Positions 51,554-64,000 of a DNA stretch of 64,000 nucleotides are shown one piece after another. The DNA lies in the NCBI GenBank assembly GCA_038496445.1, contig JALMLS010000255.1:186001-250000 (forward strand), given 5' to 3'. Below the pieces are notes generated by a model, which worked only from the letters and a program-made list of their open reading frames with translations, was not told the origin of the DNA and made no database searches. A program made the translations under genes and the position numbers. How positions within the stretch are numbered: position 1 is the first letter of the stretch; each line of letters starts with the position of its first letter. Origin of the DNA: Trichosphaerium sp. ATCC 40318. Its lineage: Eukaryota > Protista > Tubulinea.

Positions 51554-53624
51554 ATGGCTTTCTCTCTTATTCGCGCCAGTGCCTGCAGGACTGTTGGAAC
51601 ATGTCAAACAACTCAAAAACACCAAACAGCCCGCTACCACCGTACATCAGTAGCTAGAAGCGATTTTCGCGAAGAAAAAGACAGTTTTGGACCGTTGAAC
51701 GTACCTGCAGACAAATACTGGGGAGCACAAACGCAAAGGTAAGGGCGTACTCACAAGTATATTCTTAGCGAAAAAGGTCATTAAAGAACTTTGATATTGG
51801 CGGTGAAAGCGAACGCATGCCACCACCACTCATAAAAGCATTTGCTACGCTAAAAAAATCAGCTGCGATTGTTAATAAGCAATTTGGACTTGATCCAAAA
51901 ATCGCAGACGCAATTGTACAAGCCGCTGACGAGGTACAACCGCTGCACTCCTCCATGATTTTTGTAATGTCATCAAGGTTACAAATGATACTGTGGGATT
52001 GGACAACTTCCCACTCGTTGTATGGCAAACAGGCTCTGGTACACAAAGCAACATGAACATGAATGAGGTAAACCAACGAATCAAAAAAAAAATAGTGAGC
52101 CAGTAACGGCATTGACGCCATTCCGTCTTTAGGTGCTTTCAAACCGCGCCATTCAGATTTTGGGTGGTAAAATGGGCTCAAAGGAACCTGTACATCCTAA
52201 CGACCACGTCAACAAGAGCCAATCCTCCAATGACACGTGCGCACTTCTTTTTTTCTGCAAGTGTCAAAATCATTCTGCACGTGTGCGAAATGTGTCACAA
52301 ATAACACTATATTTTAATCATCATAAATCCCAGTCTGACTTACATATTAATTTACTTCAACTAGCTTCCCTACCGCCATGCACATTGCTACCGCTGTTGA
52401 AGTAACTACGCAATTGTTACCAAAAATCAAAGGATTGCATGACGCCATTCAAGCTAAATCCGAAGAGTTCAAAGACATCGTCAAAATTGGTAGGACTCAC
52501 TTACAGGTATGACAAACACAAACAATATTGCAAACTCACAAATTGCTTTGTTGTAGGACGCTACACCATTGACACTTGGACAAGAATTCAGCGGCTATGC
52601 ACACCAATTGAAGAAGGCCATGGAGCGTATAAATCGCGCATTACCTGACCTTCACGAACTGGCCCAAGGCGGAACTGCAGTTGGCACTGTATGACACTTA
52701 CACTCTTATTGCTTGTGGTCTTATTTATGGATTTAGGGTATCAACACATACATTGGCTTTGCTGAAAAAGTGGCCGAACAAGTGGCCAAAGAGACCTCCC
52801 TACCTTTCATCACCGCTCCCAACAAGGTGAGGTCGTATTTAAATGCTTGCGTGTTTACCAATTTCCTTAGTTCGAAGCATTGGCAGCACATGACGCAATG
52901 GTAGAGATGTCGGGTGCTTTGAACACCACTGCTGTCTCCCTCATGAAAATAGCGAATGATATTAGGCTCTTGGGTTCAGGCCCACGCTGTGGCCTAGGCG
53001 AATTATCGCTTCCAGAGAATGAACCTGGCAGTTCTATTATGCCTGGAAAGGTATGTCACGTCGTATTTAATCATGAACTGAGTTGTAGCTCTGTAATGTC
53101 TCGACGAGTTATTTGTCTAATTATATGCGAACTAGGTCAACCCTACACAATGTGAGGCAATGACCATGGTTGCTGCGCAAGTTATCGGTAACCACACAGC
53201 AGTGAGCGTAGGCGGATCTAACGGCCATTTCGAACTCAACGTTTTCAAACCAGTCATTGCCAAAAACGTATTGCACTCCATTAGGCTTATTGGTGATGCT
53301 TGTGTATCGTTCCAGAATAACTGTGTCGTTGGCATTGTTGCGAACCGTGCCAAGATCGATGCGATAATGCAAGAGAGTCTCATGTTGGTCACTAGCTTGA
53401 ACCCTTACATTGGCTATGACAACGCAGCCAAGGCAGCCAAGAAAGCACATCAAGAAGTACGTTTCTCGTTATTTACCTAACCCCCTCCTCAACCGATCTA
53501 ACATTTTTACCAGGGTACATCCTTGAAAGAAGCAGCAGTTGCACTTGGGTTGGTGACACCAGAACAATTTGATAAATGGGTCAGGCCAGAAATGATGATT
53601 GGCCCAAAACCGTTCAAACAATAA
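51554..53624 (+). CDS. FH: Fumarate hydratase class II, mitochondrial precursor
   Basis: REEKDSFG...[74 protein letters not shown]. Arg/Ser/Thr-rich N-terminus. Confidence 0.97.
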
Positions 53625-54036
53625 ATTTAGCGTTTTTTGTGTTTCTAATAAAAACCAGTTTTACAGTAATCAACGTTATAACCTAAAGTAATCATTCCTC
53701 TGCTAAACGCTTTATACGTAGTTGTTAGGTTGTAGGACGCGATTTCCGGACACAAGTACAATAATCGATTACAGTAAACGAAATTAACCGATTGACATCG
53801 TAATAAATGTTACGGATTAGTCCGTGTATCTTATTTCCAAACAAGCGTAGAGAGCTCCACAGCTTTTGGTAGATGGTTTTCAAATTAACGGTGCAACAGT
53901 GGAATTCTCCATATTCCAAAAAAGAAATCAGGCTCAAGTTTCCAGTTTACAACGGCGGTAGGGTTTATTGCCTTGGGCTAACAGTACAGAGTGATTTATG
54001 TTTCTTTTCTTTTTTTTGTTTTTTTTTTCTTCTTGG

Positions 54037-56609
54037 TTATGGTTTTCGTGGACTTTGTTCAAGCTCATTCGACCTGTCCTCAAGTGTTTGTTCGTCTAAA
54101 ACTGGCACATTTTTTATGAAATTTTGTATAAATGGGACTGGTCGGAGGCAATAGAGCGTGTCCTGTGCCTGGGCAATTTGACCCAAGACCTTTCCTAACA
54201 AAGACATTTTCTCAATGTTGATCAACTTTACCTCGCTGGATGGAGATGATGAATCAGCAGAAGAACTCGCCTCCAACATCTCCTCTGTGTATAAATCAAT
54301 ATTTCCGTTCTCAATGAACGTCAAATCCTTCTGGAAAATTGCTACGGCGTCAAGTTAGAGAAGAAGAAGAAGAAGGACAAAATAATGCATAGTTCAAAAA
54401 AATAAGAAGAAAGACGCACTGGGTGTAGGAATCAAAGGCGGCACAGCTTCTTGATAAATACTACGCAGTTGCGCGAAATTACGGCTGGGGCTGCAAAGTT
54501 TTTCGAACTTTGCGTGCTTGTCCATTGTAGAGTCAGGCACGCCCTTCCAGGTCTTTTTTAAGCGACCAACGGGCATTTGTGTGAGTCCTAATTATACGAT
54601 GAGGGGAAGGAAAGCGAAAAACAAAAAAAAAAGCGGAGAAATAGGAAATGTGTGCATACCTGCTACAACCGACATGCATCCATGGAAATTGTTGAGCTCG
54701 AACAATTCCTTTCAAACAAATTAGAAAAGCGCCCCACAAGCAACAGAAGAGAAAAAAATTTATGCATAAAATAACTTACTTCCTCTACTTGAATAAAGTA
54801 AGCTACTATTTTTTGACGTCGCTTGATGTCATCGCAGGAAATAATTACAGTGCCAATCCAATGTGTCATCTGCACCACGTAAAAGTGTTAATCTACGCGG
54901 ACTACTACCAAAAACACGCGGGTGACTACGTACAGCGTTGAAGTGCTTGTGTATAGCAGTTAATCCTGGACTTGTCTTCTCGTCCAGAAAGTTTTTGGAT
55001 AGGAGCTCATACAGCTTCACATTACGAAGTAGTTCGTGGTCGACAAGCGTTAGCTGTCGTGCTAATTCTATAGGTTGAATGTCCAATAGGTGTTTGGACT
55101 CCATACGTGTCATGTCCTTTAACTTTTTGTGCAAAAGTATTTTCGGTGCATTTGGAGGATTTGCTACAAACTCTGCATTTTCCTTTTTCTATAGAGTATG
55201 AGAAGGTGTGCTCAAGTGTTTTTACACTGCGTTTTACGTACTGCAGCTAGTTGGGTATTCCATGTATCAGTTAATAAGTTTGCAAATGTTTTAGAATGAG
55301 CTCCTCGACTCTTTAATGCACTCGTAAATGAGTCTAATATAGCCTTTACAGGTTCTGTAAAGTGGTAGAAACACGATTGAATCCATTTTTTCATAGCGCT
55401 TAACAATCTACAAAAGTATAAGTGAGAGAGTGTTACCAAAAAGGATAACAAAGTTGGCAGAATTAACATAAAAAATAATTTTTTGCAATTTTTGCCAAAA
55501 ACTATTTCTGCGAGAGCACGTACCTAACTTGGACAGGACTTACGGCATTCTTTTCGTCTGGAGCAGCACGGTGGTATCTATGGCGTGTTATTATCATTAA
55601 TTGTATTGCAGCGGCAGTTATTTTTTTTTCATATTTTTTGCGTAGCTGTGTTCATTCAAAAAAAAACAAAATGAAATTGGTGGGTTGACCTTGCTGTGCG
55701 CAATGGCACAAACGGGCAAACTGTAAAGGCGGAAAACTTAATTTGGGTTGTTGGGTTTTTTTTTTTCGTACATTGCAACAAACTGCTCTAGCAGACTTTC
55801 TGACGTGAGAAACTGTTTGTGCGTGAGTATCAATGTTTTGAGATATGTGCCCTCTATAATAGGAAGTGAGTACAGGGCCGTATACAATTTAAAACGAAAA
55901 CGCAAACATGTTTTTAAAACAAATTTTCTGTTAATGACAATTAATACGACGCGAGTCTTCGCTTGTTTCGTCGCAACAGTACCTTTTTTCTGCAAAAACA
56001 AAACAAAAATTCCAAAAACTGCATATAGACTTTACCTTGGTGCTCTTGTGTCACCTTATTTATGATAAAGTCGAGAGAAGCGCCAGCGAGCACTGAGCGA
56101 CCTTGTTCGTCCTGTTTGTAAAAAACATCGTTGTAGTAATCTTTTGCCACCTTATCGTGGCTCACTATCTTAATTTTGCTTGGCGATTGATGCTGTGTGT
56201 TATTTTTAGGGAGTGTAATGGTAAATCGTGTGCTTTGCGGTCGAGGTCTCCTAGGTGAAAGAGGCCCATCGTAAGGGTAATTGGCAGGCAGATCTATCGT
56301 TGAATTTGCTCTTGAGCGTGTTGCAAGACCAGTCACTACCCAATCTTCGCTGTGTGCTCTACCATGGTTTGTAGGTGCATGATCTTTCTTTCTTCGTGGT
56401 CTGGAAGGGCTCATTTTTCGTAGCAGTCCTCCTTTCTTCTTTTTAGCTTGTAAATCTGACGTAGAGTGAGCTCTACGCCGTAAAACATCCATTTTGTCTT
56501 TTGGTAGATTTATTGAAACGCGTTTTTGAGGTGGCGGGGACTTCTTTGCTTGATAGAGTCGTGGGTCTTTCACCTCAGAAGAACGAACTCCAGATCGCGG
56601 TGAATGCAT
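54037..56609 (-). CDS. Ras guanine-nucleotide exchange factor (REM plus CDC25 domains)
   Basis: LAGASLDFII, YLKTLILTHKQF, IQPIELARQLTLVD, LNNFHGCMSVV, RLKKTW, PSRNFAQLR, DLTFIENGN, INIEKM. Confidence 0.92.
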
Positions 56610-57144
56610 TGTTTTTACGAACCCAAATTTATGTATCTACTAGAGGACTCTTTTAGATAAATTGGTTATCACTGGTCGGTTTGGTGCTTTCCAATAAGGG
56701 CTCGGCTTTAAAACAACGACAATAAAAAAGTGCTTAATAATCCTAACTTAACGATGCTAACGTTTTAGCACTTTTCTGCGTCTATCATAACGAAACCGGC
56801 ATGGGCATTAAGTTTTGCGTTTTTGTTACAAAATCTTGATGACAAGCATGACGTAGACTGTTAATTAACAGTTTTGATCGTTCAGAGAAACACGAGTACA
56901 AATAATACTTGCGTAAGCACATTGCGCAGACTATTTCTACCAAGGATACGCCCTTCCGCAACTGCGTGTAAGTTGCTGTTTTGTTTGTTGTGCTTACGTT
57001 TCTCTCTCGTTTAAAACAGTTCTGCACTGCAAACCGTTCACTTTGCTTCAGTATTTTATTTTTTGTTGTAGTCATTTTTTTGGTTTGATAAAACAGTTTA
57101 AATCTGGTGGCCAACTTGCCTATTTACAAATTGTGTATTTAGCG

Positions 57145-60100
57145 CTAAATCTCTATTTCTTTGGCTAGTTTTTTGAGTTCAAAGGTTTCAGCGTCAGCAC
57201 CTAAGACATCAATGGGATTAGAAAAAAGCAAAGTAATAAATGTGTAAATGCACCCGCACCGCCAGCTGCAATACTCTCTTCCTCTAGTGCCTTTTGTAAA
57301 TCGTATTTTCCAAAGACAGCTGAAGCTCGAGCCACATCAACGTGTATTGTACGCTTTTCCTCCGTCGTTGGTGCTGGTTTTGCAACGCTTTTGTCCTCTT
57401 CCTACACAGAAGTTCAATAACTTACAAGGTGGCGTAGACGTTGAAAAGATAAAACGAAAAGCGCAGATGACAAAACTTACAGATGTGGTTTCGGCAGACA
57501 CAGGCAGTTTCTGTTGTTTGGATTTGCGCGTTATTGATGTTTTCTTCTTCTTTCCTCCCTCCTTCTTTTCTTTCGTGTTGTTGTGCAGCGCATTATCGAA
57601 TAGGATCGCTTGAATCTCGTTGGCCAGTGTGATGACAGGTGTCGAGTCTGTTTCTTGCTTGATGATAGCAGCCATGTCCAACAGCGGCAAAGGCATTTTC
57701 TTCAAAGTCTTGTTTCGCGCCAAACCGATTTTAAATACAGTCAAGCCCTGTTTTACAACAAATCAGTCAAGAACGCTACAAAGTAGCCTGTGTGCGTACT
57801 TGGAAAGTAGTCAAGTTGCCATCCCAATACAAGGTCTCGAGAGTCTTGTTGTGTTGCAATACCTTCTCCAATGCAAGTGCGAGATCTACAATACGATTTC
57901 ATTTAATACAACCACGAACCAGTAAACAAAAACGTGAAAAAAAAAAACTCCTTCAAGAGATATACGTACGGTCCTCAGCCTGGTGACCTCCAATATCAAC
58001 CTCCTTTAAGGATCGGTTGTTTATCAAGTAAAAAATAAGCGGCAAGAGATCACGTCGTAACTGCCATTTACTGTTTCCTTGCATCGACAAGCGGGTGATA
58101 GGTACAGCGTCTAGCATCTCCGCCAAGCTGCACCAAAAACAGTTAGTCACCGATATAAAACAAAGAATTGTGTTGTAAGGACTGTTTTTTTTTGCGTTTG
58201 AGTGTATTGGGTGTGTACCTTGTTACCGTCTCTGCACGTGTTCTTGTCTGTTTGCCCCAAACACCATTCATTACAATATTGCGAAGCAACACAGGTGGTT
58301 GCTTGGCTAGACAGCGCGTGAGTCAGAAAGCCACGTGAAGCATGTTACAGAAGAACGTACTTTTGATGTGTGTGCAAAAAGTTTTTACGCCTTGATCGCC
58401 AAGATCATTGTCTGAAATATCAATTTTGTCGAGGGAGGCAGTATCGATGATTTTGACGATATCTACAAAGTTATTAGCTAATGAACGACATAGCAATACG
58501 ACAGTTGAGTTAACGCACCTTCTACAGGTATGCCAGTGTTGCATAAGTGTAAGGATAATAATTTAGGCATGCGCTTCACAAATAGGACAATATCTGGTGC
58601 GGTTCGTGTCTATCAAAGGAAAGGGCGTCAATGTCAATTGATGCAAATACAAAAAATTGCAATGTTGCTTTTTTTCTTTTGTGCAAGCATAAAAACTATT
58701 TTGGCGTACAGTGATTTTGTTTTGGTTCAAAAATAGCTCGGACAAGGAATTATTGGATTCCAGGGTGGAGCATAGATACCTAAAATCAATGCCCGTGTTC
58801 GAAATGTCTAGAACGCGGAGAGCGCTGGCCTTGCCTACAGTTTCTGTTAGTACCCAATCATCATGACTACTCTCAATCTAATTGGACCAACATGTATGAC
58901 TGTTACAACCTTATGGCTGATATATGTGGCGGTAACGATAAACCAAACATGAGGCGTACCCAAAAATAGGCCGAGGAGGCGACTGCACTCGTTGTCAAAC
59001 TTGAGTCCTGAGAGTTTGAGTTCTTCTAGATTATCGCAAAGGTGCTTGTTCTTCTTTAGAGCTGTCAAAAGAGCTGTCACTCCTCTGCGTGCGCATACGG
59101 TGTTAGAGAGATCCAACACTTTGACTGGTTGAGGGTAGTCTCCAATCCAGTTTGCAAGTGCTTGCATGCCCTAATGCCAAGTAAGCCTTTTGAATACAAA
59201 ACGGTGGATTGCCAATAGTTACCTTGTCTTCGATACTGTTGCCTGACAGATAAATCTTGCGAAGCTGTAAGTTTTTGTTGGACTCCATGGAGGCAGCGAG
59301 TTGCGTGAAGGAGTCACGGGTTGCTCCAGCATTTTTTAGAACCAATTTCGTGAGTGTATGGTTGTACTTTAACATATGCGCCAACAACACAACACCTAGG
59401 GCGGCAAATGTGAATTAAGGGGTTGGATCAAACAAACAAGAAATCACAAAGAAATGCGTGCATAAATCACGTGAACGCACTTTCATTGCCGAGTCTTTGA
59501 TTCTCAGCGATAAACGATTTGAACCAAGTGTTGTGGTGAAGGGAGTAAACGAGTGTTTGGAACTCAGGATTTGGGTACTTGTTATTGTTGTGGATGAACT
59601 CATTCAAGTTAAAGTCAGTTCTATATAGGACCAGTCAGATGAATAGATTCAATCAAAATAAAAAACAACCGCGTGGTGAAGAGAAATAAAGCTGCTGTAA
59701 AAGCACGTACACATTGTTGTTGTGAAACAAATATTGTAAATCCCACGTCACGTCTTCATGTACAGGAGCGTTATAGTAGTCGCAAACAGTCTTGTATGTG
59801 TCCACAAATCCATTGCACTTAATACTGTCGTGATCAATATGTATGCGCTCGAGCAAATGGGCACAACGGTCAGGTGGCGCCACATTAAAAATGAATTTGG
59901 AATCCTCTGGTTTGCCAATTGATATTTCCTCCGTTCGTTGTTTTATTGTGTAGCAAGCGATGTCCACGTCGAATCCAGCGAAACAAATAGGCTAAAACAG
60001 TTGGTGTTAGCGCTCAGTATGAACAGAAGAGGAAAAAAACTCATGTACTCTGATAGTGACTTCGCTAGCCCGTCTATCCGTCTCTCCTTGCCATGTTACC

Positions 60101-62751
60101 ATCAGCTAAAGCAAATGTAAGTCTGTTGTACATTTTTCGTTGGGTAGAGGCGCAAAAGAGACTAGGTAATACTTACTGAAGCACCGCTGGCAGATGTCAA
60201 GATTGATAGATCCAAATAATGGACGTCCATTTCAATCTACATAGGTGTAAATGTACGTGGCGGGGAGGGCTTCGCATAGATGGAGTAGGCTAACGTACTT
60301 TACCACCCTTGGAAAAGAGGTACATTCTGTTACTACCAATCACGAAAATACGTTCTTCCACTTTACTCTTCGAGAGCTTGGCTGTACATCTCATGATAAA
60401 CAACTTATCCCATTCCTCGTTGTGGGCAGTGAGATGAAGTTGCATTTGTACTATTACAACTGTAAGCCAACCGTTTACTTTTGTGGTGGAGCCTTGCCTT
60501 TTTCAGTCTTGCTAACAGGTATACGCCGATTGTACGCATTTAACTCGTGTACTTTTTCGTCAAAATTGAAGTCAACAAACAGTTTATCAGCGTTCGCAAT
60601 CAAAACGTCTAAAGGCGAGTGTGTCAGAAAGATGGATGGACGAAAATGGATTCCAATGAAAATAATGTGTGCTGACAAAGAAAAGTATGTACCAGTAACG
60701 ACATTGCCAGCGTTCATGGAGAACATAGTATCAGCACCATCTAAATACATAAGTCGATGATTACTGAACAACTATAGTATTACTTGAAGCTTTAACATCC
60801 CTCATGAGCGTAGGGCCAAACACGATAGCCAAATTTGCAGAGTCCATCTTATTGACTGCTTTCTGCTTCTGTACGCTATGCAAAAACAGCAATAAATATG
60901 CCAAGGTGACGCGGTTAGGTTTAGGGAGCTCAGCGATTAGCTTTTTCATGTTTTCCAATTGGTTATCAGCACCCTTCTGGAAAGCTTTGGGCGTATTGTG
61001 TTAATAATAACAAACTAAAACAACTGGCAGCAGTAGTACATACCTGCGCATTTTACCCAACCCTCGCGATGTGTAGAAGGTATGACTGGGTCTGCTAGTT
61101 CGCGTAGGTACATTTTGAGTATGCCTGTAAGGAGATGTACGTCGGCCTTGGACAAATCAGGAATCAATCCCTGGTCTATCAGCTTCAAGTTTTTCTTGAT
61201 TGTCGTTTGTTGACCCGAAATACGGAATATACCCTCAGTTCTTAGTTCTAACACAAGTATTTTAGCAAAATAACCAAGAAATGTGACTTGGTTTGCGTGT
61301 AAAAGCCCCGTTTGTATGTTGTACAACCGGGTAATTATACAACATTGTATGTGGATATAAACACGTACTATCGCCACGAAGTAGCTCTATTGTACACCGC
61401 AATATATCAGGAACAAACGCATTTGATTTGAGACAAGCATCAGTGACTGTAGTGCCAAACACTGCTGAAGTTGCTAAAAGAAAAATTGTATTAGTACAGT
61501 ACTTCAAAAAGAGTGCTTTGACATTTGAACAAGAAAAAAAACTGTTGGCGTACATGTGGCCATCGCTTGCTTAATAGCATACAACCAAGCGTCCTTATCC
61601 TCTTGCGAATCGGCGCTGAGCTGTAGAGATTTTCTGTGGAGAGAAATTAATTAAGAGAACATCTTGTTACTAACTAATGACACATGTACAAAATAGTCAA
61701 AGCGTACTTGTCTGTTTTGTGGTGTAAGGCGAATACGAATTTATGACTAGAATCCGCTTTTTTTGCATCACCCAAATTTATTTCTTGTATTGATAGTACA
61801 GCCTCAGGTTCCACATCCTCACCCTATGTCCATATTAAGTATGTGTTTTTATTAGTCGTAGTTTTTTTTGCGAAAACAGAGTACACCAACGCCAAAAAGC
61901 TCCAAAGACCATCACGTAAACGCTACCAACGCTTTACGCATAGCGACAGTATTCTCATCAAATACGAATTGATTTGATGTGAAACGAGCTGATATCAGTG
62001 GCAAAGGCGTCTGCGCGATCAAAAAGCGGTTTTAGTTGTGAGGCGTTGCGTACCGTAGCTGGATTGTATTTTTTCGAGTAGAAGAAGAGGAGTGCGGCCT
62101 CCACACAAAAGTAAATCGGTCGGTACTTTTTGCTCTTTGCAGTATCAGCTAAAAGGCTTCCTTTTACGTTAATAAGACCTTCTTTGTGACCCTATGGCGT
62201 GTAAGTTAACGTGGCGCACAATTCATACGCACATGCTGCCACAGCATGTTTTAAATTTTTGATAGTATTTTTGTCGTTTAAAAAGGAGAGTGAGGCTGCT
62301 TTTGCTCATGTTTTTTTCAATCATCACACGTCAAGCGTGGTTATCGACACATGGCGCTCGAGAAAACTCAAAAATAAGCAAAAAGGCGACACCCGTTCAA
62401 AAAAAAAAATAAAACGGGTCACATGTTTTTGAGAAAAAACGTGCGCGATCGCTATACCAAAACCAAGGTGGACGTTTTTGCAACGAAGAAAAAGAAGATG
62501 AATTAATTAATTTTGAGATCTATCAAAGTTAAGGGTATTTTGGGTACCATCCACTCTCTTCCTGACACGCTGTAATTCCAAATCTCTCCATCTATTGATT
62601 TTCTCTGGGCTTTGAAACTCTTTCCAGCGTCCGTTACGCTTTTGGCTTTCCTTGTCTGCGCGAGTGCCGGCCTTGATTTACCCAATCGTTTCTCCCCTGT
62701 AGAATATGAGGTAGCTCTTTGATGATTTTTGTCGCCCGCCTGGTCTGACAT
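57145..62751 (-). CDS. PH - RhoGAP - CARMIL-type PH/LRR protein
   Basis: PH (HKEGLINVKG...LSADSQEDKDAWLYAI); RhoGAP (VFG, EGIFRISG, LKMYLREL, NKMDSANLAIVFGPTL); CARMIL-like ERIFVIGSNRMYLF, DVHYLDL and GFVDTYKTVCDYY...VTWD; RI-like LRRs. TAG at 57147-57145. Confidence 0.85.
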
Positions 62752-62927
62752 TTAACACGTTACGTTTGGGTACAAATGGGGGATCGCTGTTTGACTGTAC
62801 CACAAAAAAAAAGCACCCAACAATATTACTTGACTGGCTTTTCACTTTTCTGTAACTGAAGTTGATCCTCGCTGTAGTTGTTCGTTTGTATTATTTTTAG
62901 CAAGTTGTGGTCATAGTTGTGGTGTAA
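62752..62927. promoter_or_regulatory. Compact bidirectional promoter (CARMIL-like / histidine phosphatase)
   Basis: 176 bp between divergent ATGs; two TTGACTG copies near 62791 and 62830. Confidence 0.5.
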
Positions 62928-64000
62928 ATGCACGGCACCTATCCTATAGATTTAGTTTTGGTTCGTCATGGACAGAGCGAGGGCAACCTGGCGCAGGAAT
63001 GTAGCATGAAAGTGAGTAACAAATGGTGTACTGCTTTTTTTTCGAATCTAATGTACCGAATTTCGTGTAGGGAGACGATTCGCTATGGACTCAGGAGTTT
63101 TATCAACGTCACACATCGAGATACCGTCTTACAGATAAAGGCATAGCGCAAGCAAAGTCAGCGGGCGAATGGGTACGGAAATACGCCATAAAGGCGCTAA
63201 CGCGGTTCGTAGATACGTCAAAACATTACAACCAAGTTTGATCGCTATTACTGTTCCGAGTACATACGTGCCATGGAAACGGCGTCGCTTTTATCGCTAC
63301 CAAAGGCGAAATGGTTTTGTGGTGTGTCATGCAACTGTTAAGACTCATTTGTAATTCAAAGTGTAGAGTTCTATTTGCGTGAACAGGATCAAGGTGTATT
63401 TGCTGGTAAATCTAAAACTGAACGTAAACGCCTTTACGCAGAAGAATTGAGGTATGTTTTACAACAACTGCCATTATCATGTTGACACTTCGTAGGCGGC
63501 GCAAGCTTGACAGCTTTTATTGGGCACCTCCAGGAGGCGAATCAATAGCGAATTGTTGTTTGCGCGTTGATAGGTTTTTGGCGCAATTGCGAGAGTCGTG
63601 TTCAGGCTTTAGGGTTAGTCCGTGTTGCAGGCGCGTATTAGTAATCTAAATATTTGTTGCCGCAGGTCATAACTGTCTGTCACGGAAACATTTTAAAAGC
63701 AATGCGGATCCGCATTGAGCGAATGAAGCAAGTTGATTGGGCTAACATGAGAAGCAAACCGCACCAGGTAAATTGCACGCGCTTACAAATTATTTGTTTT
63801 TCAATAATGATTATAAGACGTTGTATTAACCTACGTCATCATTGCCCATAGAGAACTTATAATTGTCAAATATTACACTACACGAGACGTGACCCTGTTA
63901 CAGGTGTCATACATCCTCACTTGAAATGGTTTAGATCTGTTTGTACGTACATACATTAACAACATAGTATATTCTTTATGTTAAAAAAACCTATTTGACA
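62928..64000 (+). CDS. Histidine phosphatase / phosphoglycerate mutase family protein; runs off the window
   Basis: LVLVRHGQSEGN, LTDKG, SEYIRAMETA, LREQD, PPGGES, VITVCHG. Confidence 0.9.

Noticed and set aside
53625-54036. Possible ncRNA or small gene in the relatively long convergent gap between fumarase and RasGEF
   Set aside because: No recognisable tRNA, snRNA or snoRNA boxes, and ORFs 53725-53937 and 53873-54154 have no motif. Probably 3' UTRs; an Infernal scan would settle it.
56610-57144. ORF 56785-57114 as a separate gene
   Set aside because: No recognisable domain, non-ATG start, and it lies where the CARMIL-like 3' UTR and RasGEF promoter are expected.

Overview
Gene-dense, AT-rich eukaryotic nuclear DNA in the standard genetic code, with very many short spliceosomal introns (mostly about 40-70 nt) and intergenic gaps often under 200 bp. 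The gene content (CARMIL-type LRR, SH2/Cbl-type module, TKL/Roco-like kinase, RasGEF) suggests an amoeboid protist, probably Amoebozoa (inference). The ORF track is fragmented by introns, so I spliced the genes by hand into 22 protein-coding loci. In order: class V PLP enzyme (partial), microbial-type PARG, intronless F-box/LRR, triple-SH3 protein, CNOT10, RUN protein, Spt23/Mga2-like membrane-tethered transcription factor, EGF-containing surface protein, mitochondrial PPR protein, COR-like/pseudokinase/kinase, PIP5K, PB1-like protein, HSDL2-like SDR, UBE2T, Cbl-TKB plus SH2 protein, PYM1-like, TOR, ankyrin-pseudokinase-HECT, fumarase, RasGEF, PH-RhoGAP-CARMIL-LRR, histidine phosphatase (partial). 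No rRNA, tRNA, CRISPR array or transposase was recognised. The most notable signals are: (1) a perfect 34-bp inverted copy of the start of the PPR coding sequence inside a structured intergenic element just upstream of that gene; (2) at least 10 GC-AG introns and a GYRCGY-type donor consensus, with strong CACGTG enrichment; (3) a fungal-type Spt23/Mga2 factor in an apparently non-fungal genome; (4) several catalytically degenerate or rearranged signalling proteins, including a TOR with an altered FRB surface. All coordinates were read by eye, and gene ends flagged as uncertain may shift.
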